Positions 38,701 to 46,766 of a stretch of 54,515 nt of DNA are shown one piece after another. Position 1 is the first letter of the stretch. Every line of letters starts with the position of its first letter. The stretch is from Minisyncoccota bacterium. Its GTDB lineage: Bacteria; Patescibacteriota; Minisyncoccia; RBG-13-40-8-A. Made by a program: the position numbers and the translations under genes. Under the pieces are notes generated by a model. The model saw only the letters and a program-made list of their open reading frames with translations, was not told where the DNA came from and searched no databases. The stretch spans positions 1 through 54,515 of the forward strand of contig DATKZC010000007.1 in assembly GCA_035528175.1 (NCBI GenBank), read 5' to 3'.

Positions 38701-41238
38701 TCACATTGGCTCTTTTATCTCATTTGTATTTATTTCCACAAAGTCCCCACGTTTCAAATTCTGTTCAAGAATTATTTTCGCCACCCTGCTTTCAACTTCA
38801 TCCTGAATTACTCTTCTCATTGGTCTAGCTCCGAATTCAGGTTTATATCCCAATTTTACAATTTTTTCTACCAAATCCGAATTCACTATTAAACGCACTC
38901 CTGTTCCTTCCATTAATCGCTTAGACAAATCATTCATCATCAAAACTGCAATCTTAATTAAATCATCGTGAGACAATGGCTTAAATACCACCACCGCATC
39001 AAAACGATTTAAAAATTCTGCTCTGAAAATTTTCTCTTTCATTAGATAATCAACCAAATCTTCTTTAAAAGACGCCAAATTCCTTCCTTGCCTTACGCAC
39101 TGTCTAATTAATTCTGAGCCCGCATTCGAAGTACCGATAATAATTGATTCGGCAAAATTTACTCTCTTGCCAAAAGCATCAGTCAGCCAGCCCTCGTCTA
39201 AAACCTGAAGAAAAAGATTCAAAATATTGGGATGGGCTTTTTCAATTTCATCCAAAAGAATTAAGGAAAAGGGGTCATCATTCACCGCATTGGTCAAAAG
39301 CCCTGACTCGCCTTTTTCCTCTGACCCGATTAATCTGTTAATAGTAGAAATTTCCTGATATTCAGACATATCAAATCTAATCATTTTACTATCTGAACCA
39401 AAATACGCTTCAGCCAAAGCTTTTGAGGTTTCGGTCTTGCCAACTCCAGTCGGCCCAAGAAATAAGAAACTGCCAATTGGCCTTTTCTTGGATTTCATTC
39501 CAACCCTTGCCCTTCTCATTGCCTGGGAGATGACTTTCACTGCTTCTTCCTGGTCAATAATTCTTTCATGAATTCTTTCTTCAAGATGCAGAAGTTTTTT
39601 CTTTTCATCCTCTTGGATTGCGCCTATTGGTATTTCGACCCGCTCTGAAATAATTTTATTTACATACTCCGGCAAAACTGCCTTTTCTCTTTTTTGTTTT
39701 GTATAAACCAAAACCTCGGTTAAAATATCAACAGCTTTGGCAGGAAACGGCTTATCTGCCATATAACGGTCTGTCAGTTTGATAATGTCTCGCAAAATCC
39801 GATAACTTATAAAAATATCATATCTTTTTTCAAGTCCTGGCAGCATGTCCTCAAGAATAAAGATTGTCTGTTTTGGGGTCGGCTGGCTCATCTCTACTTT
39901 AACGAACAAATTTTTGACCGAGGTATTGTTTTTAATGTATTTATGCCAGCCATCAATAGTGGTTAATCCGATAATCTGAAAATTCGGCGAATTCAGATAC
40001 GGCAACAGGACTGAAGTAATATCAACAGCGCCCGGACCCTTTTCGTAGCCCAAATAATTGTGAATCTCGTCAATAATCAAAATAATGTTGCCGGCGCTTA
40101 TTGCTTCGGTAAATATTATTCTTAATCTTTCCAGAATGTCGCCAGAACTGTTTAGCCCTGCCAATACTGCCTGCATATCCAGTTCCAATACTCGCTTATC
40201 ATTTAAATTCTGAAAACTTCTTCCTTCAACAACTTTTTTGGCAAAGCCGTAAGCAATAGTTGAACGACCCGAACCTGGCTCGCCAATAAGCAAAACATTG
40301 TTTTCTCCGCTTCGGGAAAGAATTCTTTCAATGGCATAAATTTCTTTTTTATGACCGATGAGATTAATTGATAAATCTTCTTTTTTGATAATTTCAGTGA
40401 CTTCAACGCTATAATGATCCAAGTTGACGGTATAGCCGGCTGCCCAGCGTTTGCCCACTCCCCTTCTGCGCAATAAATTCTCCAAGAGCCAGAATTGTTT
40501 TCTTTTTAATATTTCGTGTTCAGTATAATCTTCCCAGATTGCCATGTGGTCAACATCCTCAAAAGTCATTTCTGAAGCAGATAAAATATTTCTGAAATTA
40601 TCATTTCCTTCGGCCGCAGCAACCAAGAAATCTCTTGCTTCAATGGTTCTATGGAAACTGGAAATAGCCAAGACAGCAGCATTTTTCAAAATTGACATGA
40701 ATTTCTGCTCGTCATCGCCTGGTTCAATTGTTTGCTTGATTTCTATTTTTAATTTTTCCCTGAATAAATCCTGGTCTAAGCCGAGATTATTAAAAATATA
40801 TTTGCCTTTAGCATCTCCCCAAAAATAATACACGACCGCAAAAGTATTCAGTCCTCTCTTTTTCTTTTGGCAGAATTTTAACGCCCGGACAATTGCCCTG
40901 GCCACACGGAAATCCAGATATTGCGCTAAATTAACATCTTTTACTTTTTCTACTGAAAGCCGATTAGCCAGAGACGATTTTATTAAAAAATTCTGGCGCA
41001 AAGCATCAACAAAGGCCAAGTAAATCGAAAAAATAACAAAAAAGCAGATAAGAATTATAAACAAGGCAAAACTTTGCTGCGAAGACAATTCCAAAAATCC
41101 CGACTTTAAAAACCCAGCAAGAAAAACCAAAGCAAGAAGAATAAAAATAATATTCAGAATTTTTATAATTTTTGGCGGGAAAACTCTTTCCAACTGGATT
41201 GCCCGATACATTAGATTTCTTTTTTCTAAATCAAACAT
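38701..41238 (-). CDS. Membrane-anchored ClpB/ClpA-family AAA+ ATPase (two AAA modules, no M-domain, no ClpP loop)
   Basis: 845 aa. Two N-terminal TM helices (aa about 24-44 and 57-77) are followed by a Clp-N-like region. D1 has GEPGSGRST (Lys to Arg in Walker A) and IIDEIH. D2 has GPTGVGKTE, LLDEIEKAH and FRAEFLNRFD. Confidence 0.85.
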   Translation of the reverse strand: MFDLEKRNLMYRAIQLERVFPPKIIKILNIIFILLALVFLAGFLKSGFLELSSQQSFALFIILICFFVIFSIYLAFVDALRQNFLIKSSLANRLSVEKVKDVNLAQYLDFRVARAIVRALKFCQKKKRGLNTFAVVYYFWGDAKGKYIFNNLGLDQDLFREKLKIEIKQTIEPGDDEQKFMSILKNAAVLAISSFHRTIEARDFLVAAAEGNDNFRNILSASEMTFEDVDHMAIWEDYTEHEILKRKQFWLLENLLRRRGVGKRWAAGYTVNLDHYSVEVTEIIKKEDLSINLIGHKKEIYAIERILSRSGENNVLLIGEPGSGRSTIAYGFAKKVVEGRSFQNLNDKRVLELDMQAVLAGLNSSGDILERLRIIFTEAISAGNIILIIDEIHNYLGYEKGPGAVDITSVLLPYLNSPNFQIIGLTTIDGWHKYIKNNTSVKNLFVKVEMSQPTPKQTIFILEDMLPGLEKRYDIFISYRILRDIIKLTDRYMADKPFPAKAVDILTEVLVYTKQKREKAVLPEYVNKIISERVEIPIGAIQEDEKKKLLHLEERIHERIIDQEEAVKVISQAMRRARVGMKSKKRPIGSFLFLGPTGVGKTETSKALAEAYFGSDSKMIRFDMSEYQEISTINRLIGSEEKGESGLLTNAVNDDPFSLILLDEIEKAHPNILNLFLQVLDEGWLTDAFGKRVNFAESIIIGTSNAGSELIRQCVRQGRNLASFKEDLVDYLMKEKIFRAEFLNRFDAVVVFKPLSHDDLIKIAVLMMNDLSKRLMEGTGVRLIVNSDLVEKIVKLGYKPEFGARPMRRVIQDEVESRVAKIILEQNLKRGDFVEINTNEIKEPM

Positions 41239-41245
41239 ATTTGTT

Positions 41246-41705
41246 CCGATACAAATCTACAAATGGTATACGAATGCTACAAATCTTAATTAAGAATTCT
41301 TTTTGGTTTTATATAAGAATCTCTAAAATTCACAATTAACCCTAATCGCAACTTAGCGGCTCCAAGATATCTTTTCATCTGATAATAATCTTCTCTTAAA
41401 ATAAACTTTTTCGCCTTTAAATCAATTATGATTTTATCATCTATTAAAAAATCTACTTTATTCCCCTTGATTTCATAATCGTCATTATGAATTGGCACCT
41501 CTTTTTCTCTCTCGTATTTTATATTGTCTTTTTTAAATTTAATCTCAAGTAAATCAGCATACTGTCTTTCTTTACAAAATCTGCCTAATTCGTTATGTAC
41601 ATCAAAGAATAGACCCGTTAATTTATAAGAAACATCTGGATAAATAATTTTCACATTTTTTCTCATTTGTAGATTCGTATAAAAATTCGTTGATTCGTAT
41701 CGGGG
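41246..41705. mobile_element. GxxExxY-nuclease cassette bounded by roughly 40-bp imperfect inverted repeats
   Basis: The left end CCGATACAAATCTACAAATGGTATACGAATGCTACAAATC (41246-41285) matches the reverse complement of the right end (41667-41705), CCCCGATACGAATCAACGAATTTTTATACGAATCTACAA. Identity is about 80%, and the ORF fills the interior exactly. Confidence 0.6.
41286..41666 (-). CDS. GxxExxY protein (PD-(D/E)XK nuclease superfamily)
   Basis: 126 aa. LTGLFFDVHNELGRFCKERQYADLL fits the G....E..Y helix, and D.(D/E)xK-like VDFLIDDKIIIDLKA and GLIVNF are typical of the family. Confidence 0.75.
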   Translation of the reverse strand: MRKNVKIIYPDVSYKLTGLFFDVHNELGRFCKERQYADLLEIKFKKDNIKYEREKEVPIHNDDYEIKGNKVDFLIDDKIIIDLKAKKFILREDYYQMKRYLGAAKLRLGLIVNFRDSYIKPKRILN

Positions 41706-41719
41706 CTACAGTGCTAAAT

Positions 41720-42097
41720 TTAAATTATAAGCACTGCAGCAAAAATTAAAAGCCCCAGTAGAACTAGAGGCATGACCAGCCAAAGCGCGAAAAATATCGC
41801 TCCGACAACAGTTACTAAAATTAAAAATACAATACCAACTAAAATTGTAATCAATCTCACCAAAAATCCCAAACCGCGGGAAATTAGATTAAAGGCTAGG
41901 TAATCAAGAAATTTTTTAATATCCAATCCTCTCGGTTTACGGGTAATGTCTCTTTTCCAAGGCGCGAATAATGTTTTTAAAAGTAAGGGAATGGAAAAAT
42001 AATTCAGAGCAAAAATAACAAAATTCCTCCAAGCATCTAAAACGTTCCCAGCCGCTTCGCCATAATACCATTTCCAAAACACCAACAAAATAGCCAT
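41720..42097 (-). CDS. Hypothetical small membrane protein
   Basis: 125 aa with about 3 TM helices and no motif recognised. Confidence 0.55.
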   Translation of the reverse strand: MAILLVFWKWYYGEAAGNVLDAWRNFVIFALNYFSIPLLLKTLFAPWKRDITRKPRGLDIKKFLDYLAFNLISRGLGFLVRLITILVGIVFLILVTVVGAIFFALWLVMPLVLLGLLIFAAVLII

Positions 42098-42136
42098 ATG
42101 CTTATATTATACAATATTTCAAAAGAAATAAAAAAT

Positions 42137-42208
42137 TGCGCATGCATGGAATTGAACCATGGACCCCTTCAATGTGAATGAAGTGCTCTACCGCTGAGCT
42201 ACATGCGC
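42137..42208 (-). tRNA. tRNA-Val (anticodon CAC)
   Basis: 72 nt: GCGCATG-TA-GCTC-AGCGGTA-GAGC-A-CTTCA-TTCACAT-TGAAG-GGGTC-CATGG-TTCAATT-CCATG-CATGCGC-A. No CCA is encoded. Confidence 0.9.
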
Positions 42209-42212
42209 GAAC

Positions 42213-43040
42213 TTACCACAAATTCAACTTGTTTATTAAAACGTCGCTGTTCTCGGAAATTAAATCGCGAACAAAACGGTCATACATGTCATAACGGTAA
42301 TTGAATTCTTTTGACGACATCAAGACGCATTTCAATTCCTTGCCCACCTCGGCTTCCAAATCTTTTAAGAATACTGAAAACTTTCTTTGGTTTATTTTGT
42401 CCCCCACAGCCAATAAATCTGCATCTGTACTATCGTCCCCTTTAAAAATTCCTGCCAGAACCAAAAGTTTTATATTTCCGGTTTTCCTGATATTTTCTAT
42501 TAATTCCCCCTTTGAAGAAATGGTTGATTTTAAAACCAAATCCTTCAGTTCATTAAGAAAATCAAAGTTGGGATTAAGATAAAAAACCCTTTTTCCTTGC
42601 GCAGTTTTTTTCCTAATTAAATCAATCTTTTCCAATTTTTTCATTTCCTGACGCAAAGCAAAAGGATTCGTTCTTAACATCTTTAAAATATCCCTTAACT
42701 GGAAATTATCACTAACATTCCTTAAAAAGAATTTCATCAGCTTTACCTTGGCCTGGGATTCGAATAATTGTTCCAAAATCCCTTTTCCAATATAAACTCT
42801 TGCTGTCTTTGCAGCCTTTCTGCGCTTTTTTATAGTTCTTTGTTTTTTTACTGTTCTTTTCCTTCGTTTCAAAACTTTCTTCGGCTTTCTGACCGCTCCT
42901 TTCTTTCTTTTCACCTGTTTTCTGATTTTTTTGCGCTTTTTGTGTCTTCCCGAAAAAAGCTTCGCATTTTGACGGGCTCTCCCACTTAGCCGCTTTGCGG
43001 CTTTGCGGCGGGTTTTCTTTCTTTTCTTCATATATCCCAT
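42213..43040 (-). CDS. Hypothetical basic protein, probably a winged-helix DNA-binding regulator
   Basis: I prefer the ATG at 43040 (MGYMKKRKK...), which has AAGAGG 5 nt upstream. The first 80 aa are Lys/Arg-rich. A wHTH-like segment (QLRDI..ML......LRQEM..LEKIDLI) follows. The track ORF extends to 43229 across a divergent promoter. Confidence 0.55.
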   Translation of the reverse strand: MGYMKKRKKTRRKAAKRLSGRARQNAKLFSGRHKKRKKIRKQVKRKKGAVRKPKKVLKRRKRTVKKQRTIKKRRKAAKTARVYIGKGILEQLFESQAKVKLMKFFLRNVSDNFQLRDILKMLRTNPFALRQEMKKLEKIDLIRKKTAQGKRVFYLNPNFDFLNELKDLVLKSTISSKGELIENIRKTGNIKLLVLAGIFKGDDSTDADLLAVGDKINQRKFSVFLKDLEAEVGKELKCVLMSSKEFNYRYDMYDRFVRDLISENSDVLINKLNLW

Positions 43041-43095
43041 AATACCTCTTTGCTTTAAATTTGTAAACCCTATAGATCGAGAATTCACTACAGAT

Positions 43096-43124
43096 TTGAT
43101 TTGAAGATTATATTTTGATATAAT
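43096..43124 (+). promoter_or_regulatory. Near-consensus promoter of the secG operon (leaderless)
   Basis: TTGATT-17 nt-TATAAT, then 6 nt to the ATG at 43131. Confidence 0.6.
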
Positions 43125-43130
43125 CAATTT

Positions 43131-43253
43131 ATGGATAAAACCATAGAAGAGACATTGGAAGAAAAAATCAAACGCAGAGAAAAAAGGAAAAAACCGAAAA
43201 TGAGGGTTTCGGGTAAAAGGGTATTCCAATTAAAAAAATTAATAAATAAATAA
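43131..43253 (+). CDS. Small basic ORF (40 aa), candidate leaderless first gene of the operon
   Basis: MDKTIEETLEEKIKRREKRKKPKMRVSGKRVFQLKKLINK*. It stops 1 nt before the next ATG and is below the ORF-track cutoff. No family recognised. Confidence 0.4.
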   Translation: MDKTIEETLEEKIKRREKRKKPKMRVSGKRVFQLKKLINK

Positions 43254-43254
43254 T

Positions 43255-43632
43255 ATGCGCTTTATTACCAAGCTTATTTTACAAATTCTGGCAAATGCTT
43301 TGGCAATATTCATTGCTGTCAGATATGTTCACGGTGCCAGCTTTGGCATAGGTTTTACAGGCGATTTGATGGATTATTTAATAGTCGGCCTGATTTTAGC
43401 TCTTGCGAATACCTTCGCCAGACCAATTTTAAAAATCGTCTCCGCTCCTCTGATTTTCATTACTATGGGATTATTCTTGATTGTGATAAATGCCATCATT
43501 CTTTTTGCAGTTGATTGGTTTGTTGAGGCATTGACGATTACCGGATTCATGGGATATTTCTGGGGCATAATCATAATTTCTATAGTTAATGCGGTTATCG
43601 TCGGCGGATTCAAAAAAAAAACAAAAAATTAA
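43255..43632 (+). CDS. DUF360/YvlD-type (phage holin 4-2 family) membrane protein
   Basis: 125 aa with 4 TM helices. The N-terminus MRFI.KL.LQ.LANALA....A resembles this family. Confidence 0.55.
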   Translation: MRFITKLILQILANALAIFIAVRYVHGASFGIGFTGDLMDYLIVGLILALANTFARPILKIVSAPLIFITMGLFLIVINAIILFAVDWFVEALTITGFMGYFWGIIIISIVNAVIVGGFKKKTKN

Positions 43633-43656
43633 GAGTTGAGTAAAAATAAATATAAT

Positions 43657-43878
43657 ATGGATAAAATATTAAATATAGTCCAAATAGTTATTGCTGTTTT
43701 GTTAAGTATTTTAATTCTGATTCAGCAGCGAGGCACTGGCCTTTCGTCCGCATTCGGCGGCGAAGGAGGCGTCTACTTCAAAAAAAGAGGCGCGGAGAAA
43801 GTGATTTTCATCGCCACGATTATCATGGCAATACTTTTTATATTGAGCGCAATCTTAAGAATGGTGATTGTAAAATGA
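43657..43878 (+). CDS. secG: Preprotein translocase subunit SecG
   Basis: It has two TM helices and the signature LIQ...G.GLS.AFGG. I prefer the ATG at 43657 (the track's TTG is at 43636). Confidence 0.8.
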   Translation: MDKILNIVQIVIAVLLSILILIQQRGTGLSSAFGGEGGVYFKKRGAEKVIFIATIIMAILFILSAILRMVIVK

Positions 43879-45572
43879 TTAAATTTCCAACTTTACACCA
43901 ATGGCAAAAACTTTCGGGTGTTCTTAATAAAAAAGAACGTTATTTTATAATTGGGTTCCTAATTCTGATAATTACTTCTCTTTTCGGCTGGGTAATAGTG
44001 CATAAAATCCAGACCACAACAATAGCCCCTAATTTTGGTGGTAGTTTTTCCGAAGGAATTGTCGGAAACCCGCAATACCTTAATCCCGTCCTAAGCCAAG
44101 CCAATGATTCTGACAGGGATGTTGCGGAACTAATTTTCTCGGGACTGACCCATTATAACAGCAAAGGAGAAATAGTCCCCGACCTTGCGGAAAAATACAA
44201 TATTGGCGACAATGGTAAAACCTATGAATTCTTTTTAAAAAAAGACCTTAAATGGCACGATGGCGAACCATTTACAGCAGATGATATTATTTTTACAATC
44301 AACCGCATCCAGAATCCTGACTTCCGCAGTCCATTAAGAGTAAACTGGATTGGAATTGAAACGGAAAAAATTGACGATTTCACAATTCGCTTCAAAATGA
44401 AAACCGCATATGCTTCTTTTTTGACGAATACTACCACTGGTATAATTGCTAAGCATATTTGGGAAAAAATCCAGCCAGTAAATTTCTCTTCGGCCTTGGA
44501 AAATCTTGAGCCAATCGGAACCGGACCATATAAACTAGACAAAATCGAAAAAGACAAAGAAGGATTTGTAACATACATTGGATTAGAAGCATTCGGTGAT
44601 TATAAATCCGGCAGGAGACCGTTTATAGAAAAAATAAATCTGTATTTTTATCCGGATGAAGAGAGCGCAATTAAAGCATATAATCGTGGAAAAATCGATA
44701 ATTTGAGTTTAATTTCGATTAAAAATAAATCTTTGTTAAAAGGCGAGAATAGATCGAACATAAGAAAGTTGAAACTCCCCAGATATTTTTCCGTTTTCTT
44801 CAATCAAAGCAAAAGCACCGTTCTTTCCGATAAAACCGTCCGCCTTGCCCTAAATTATGCCACTAATAAAAAGCAGATTATTGAAGATGTATTAGAAGGC
44901 GAAGGAGACCCGGTTGACTCACCTATCCCAAATGGGGTTTGGGGACATGCCGATGATTTAAAAATTTACGATTTCGCGCAAGAGCATGCGAATAATATTT
45001 TGGAAGCAGCCGGATGGAAAGACGAAGACAATGACGGAGTTCGGGAAAAAAATGGAGAAAAATTGGAAATTGAATTAGTAACCACGGAATTAAAAGAGCT
45101 CCAACAAGTGGCAAATATTCTACAGGAGCAGTGGTCAAAAATTGGAGCTAAAACTAATGTTAAAATCATAGATATCGGCGAAATCCAACAGAACTATATC
45201 AGGCCACGCGAATATCAGGCATTATTATTCGGCGAAGTTTTGGGACTAGACCCGGACCCATACAGCTTCTGGTACTCAACCCAGAAAAAAGACCCGGGAC
45301 TGAATCTGTCTTTGTATGATAATAAAAAAGTTGACGATTTATTGAAAGATGGCAGACAGATTCTGGAAAAAGATTTAAGATTAAAGAAATACAAAGATTT
45401 CCAGCAGTTGGTTATTGATGATGCGCCAGTTGTGTTTCTTTACAATTCGTATCAGATTTATCTGACTTCCAAAAAAATCAAGGGTTTTGAAAACGAAAAC
45501 ATTGTCCTGCCCTCAAAAAGATTTGCAGACATAGAAAAGTGGTACATAAAGACGCAAAGGGTAAAAAAATAG
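43875..45572 (+). CDS. ABC transporter substrate-binding protein, family 5 (peptide/nickel type), membrane-anchored and orphan
   Basis: 565 aa with an N-terminal TM anchor and an SBP_bac_5-like layout (L..NP........D.....IF.GL, KWHDG.PFTADD). No permease or ATPase gene is adjacent. Confidence 0.8.
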   Translation: MIKFPTLHQWQKLSGVLNKKERYFIIGFLILIITSLFGWVIVHKIQTTTIAPNFGGSFSEGIVGNPQYLNPVLSQANDSDRDVAELIFSGLTHYNSKGEIVPDLAEKYNIGDNGKTYEFFLKKDLKWHDGEPFTADDIIFTINRIQNPDFRSPLRVNWIGIETEKIDDFTIRFKMKTAYASFLTNTTTGIIAKHIWEKIQPVNFSSALENLEPIGTGPYKLDKIEKDKEGFVTYIGLEAFGDYKSGRRPFIEKINLYFYPDEESAIKAYNRGKIDNLSLISIKNKSLLKGENRSNIRKLKLPRYFSVFFNQSKSTVLSDKTVRLALNYATNKKQIIEDVLEGEGDPVDSPIPNGVWGHADDLKIYDFAQEHANNILEAAGWKDEDNDGVREKNGEKLEIELVTTELKELQQVANILQEQWSKIGAKTNVKIIDIGEIQQNYIRPREYQALLFGEVLGLDPDPYSFWYSTQKKDPGLNLSLYDNKKVDDLLKDGRQILEKDLRLKKYKDFQQLVIDDAPVVFLYNSYQIYLTSKKIKGFENENIVLPSKRFADIEKWYIKTQRVKK

Positions 45573-45574
45573 AA

Positions 45575-46282
45575 ATGAATCTCAATAAATTAGAACCAGA
45601 TATTAGATATTTAGAAGATATGCAAAGCGTACTCTACGATAGGAAATGGTTGAAAACAGCTCCGAACATGGAGCTGTATTATATGTATCGCGATTTTATT
45701 GAAACTGAAAATGATTTTATGAGAGTAATTAAACATGATTTGCGCTATGACATTACAATTTTAAAACCAGTCCGATTGGGCAAAGAATTCAATAAAACCA
45801 TGGGTCACGACCATCCCATTGTTCCCGGAACAGACATCACCTATCCCGAATTATATGAAGTATTGGAAGGCAAGGCAGTTTTCATCTTGCAAGATTCAGA
45901 AGAAAACAAAATAAAAGATATTATTGCAATTAAAGCTAAAAAAGGAGACAAAATTATTGTTCCACCGAATTGCGAGCATCTAATTATTAATATCGGAAAA
46001 AAAGATTTAAAAACATGTAATTGGATTTCTCGCTCTTTTTCCACACATATTTACAAACCATTTAAAATGAAGCATGGATTCGGTTATTATGCATTAAAAG
46101 GATTGTTCGGAATAAAATGGGTTAAGAATTTAAATTATGAATCAGTTCCCTCTTTAAAATTTGAGAAGCCGAATAAATTCTATAATTTCAAAATCTCTAA
46201 AGACCAACCGAGTTATAGGCTGGTTAATAATTTGGATAAGCTTGATTTTTTAAAATCTCCGCAGAGATATAAATGGAATTAG
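45575..46282 (+). CDS. Cupin-type (archaeal-type) glucose-6-phosphate isomerase
   Basis: The sequence GKEFNKTMGHDHP......ELYEVLEGKA, then PP...H...N.G matches the cupin PGI metal site (T.GH.H...E.Y). I prefer the ATG at 45575 (the track starts at 45539, inside the previous gene). Confidence 0.7.
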   Translation: MNLNKLEPDIRYLEDMQSVLYDRKWLKTAPNMELYYMYRDFIETENDFMRVIKHDLRYDITILKPVRLGKEFNKTMGHDHPIVPGTDITYPELYEVLEGKAVFILQDSEENKIKDIIAIKAKKGDKIIVPPNCEHLIINIGKKDLKTCNWISRSFSTHIYKPFKMKHGFGYYALKGLFGIKWVKNLNYESVPSLKFEKPNKFYNFKISKDQPSYRLVNNLDKLDFLKSPQRYKWN

Positions 46283-46365
46283 CCGATGTGGTGAAACCGG
46301 TAGACACGCAGCGTTCAGGGCGCTGTGAGCGTAAGCTCATGAGAGTTCGAATCTCTCCATCGGCA
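46282..46365 (+). tRNA. tRNA-Leu (anticodon CAG), long variable arm
   Basis: 84 nt: acceptor GCCGATG/CATCGGC, anticodon stem-loop CAGCG-TTCAGGG-CGCTG, variable arm TGAGCGTAAGCTCAT, T-arm GAGAG-TTCGAAT-CTCTC. Confidence 0.9.
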
Positions 46366-46419
46366 CTAAGCCCGCTCTCGACACTTTTATAAAATAATTG
46401 AATATTGTATAATTTATTT

Positions 46420-46761
46420 ATGATAAACTATGATGATTTTCAAAAATTAGATATACGCATTGGAACGATTTTGGAAGCAGAAAAAATTGAAAATGCTGAT
46501 AAATTATTAAAGTTAAAAGTAGACTTAGGTCCCTCGAGTACTTCAGGACAACCAGAACTGCGTGTTCTGGTTGCAGGAATCGCAGAATCTTACAAACCGC
46601 AATCCTTGATTAATAAACAGATTCCTATTTTAATTAATTTAGAACCACGCACTTTGCGCGGAGTTGAAAGCCAGGGAATGATTCTGGCATGCGTTGTTAA
46701 TAAAAAAGCTATCTTATTAAAACCAATTAAAAAGGTTCCAAATGGAACTAAAATAAAATAA
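46420..46761 (+). CDS. tRNA-binding domain protein (CsaA/EMAP-II-like)
   Basis: F.KLDIR.G.I..AE.I..ADKLL.L.VDLG, then GI...Y.P..L..K......NL.PR.LRGVES.GMIL are typical motifs. The ATG at 46420 has TATAAT (46408-46413) 6 nt upstream. Confidence 0.8.
   Translation: MINYDDFQKLDIRIGTILEAEKIENADKLLKLKVDLGPSSTSGQPELRVLVAGIAESYKPQSLINKQIPILINLEPRTLRGVESQGMILACVVNKKAILLKPIKKVPNGTKIK
46531..46551 (+). repeat. GC-rich element copy (PSxSSGQ family) in-frame, encoding PSSTSGQ
   Basis: GGTCCCTCGAGTACTTCAGGACAACC aligns with the dnaK and alaS copies. It interrupts the conserved VDLG-E..R.IV segment. Confidence 0.6.
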
Positions 46762-46766
46762 AATTT

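Noticed and set aside
43041-43229. N-terminal 63-codon extension of the ORF 42213..43229
   Set aside because: The extension is Phe-rich nonsense that runs across a divergent consensus promoter and the small plus-strand ORF. An internal ATG at 43040 has a proper AAGAGG SD.
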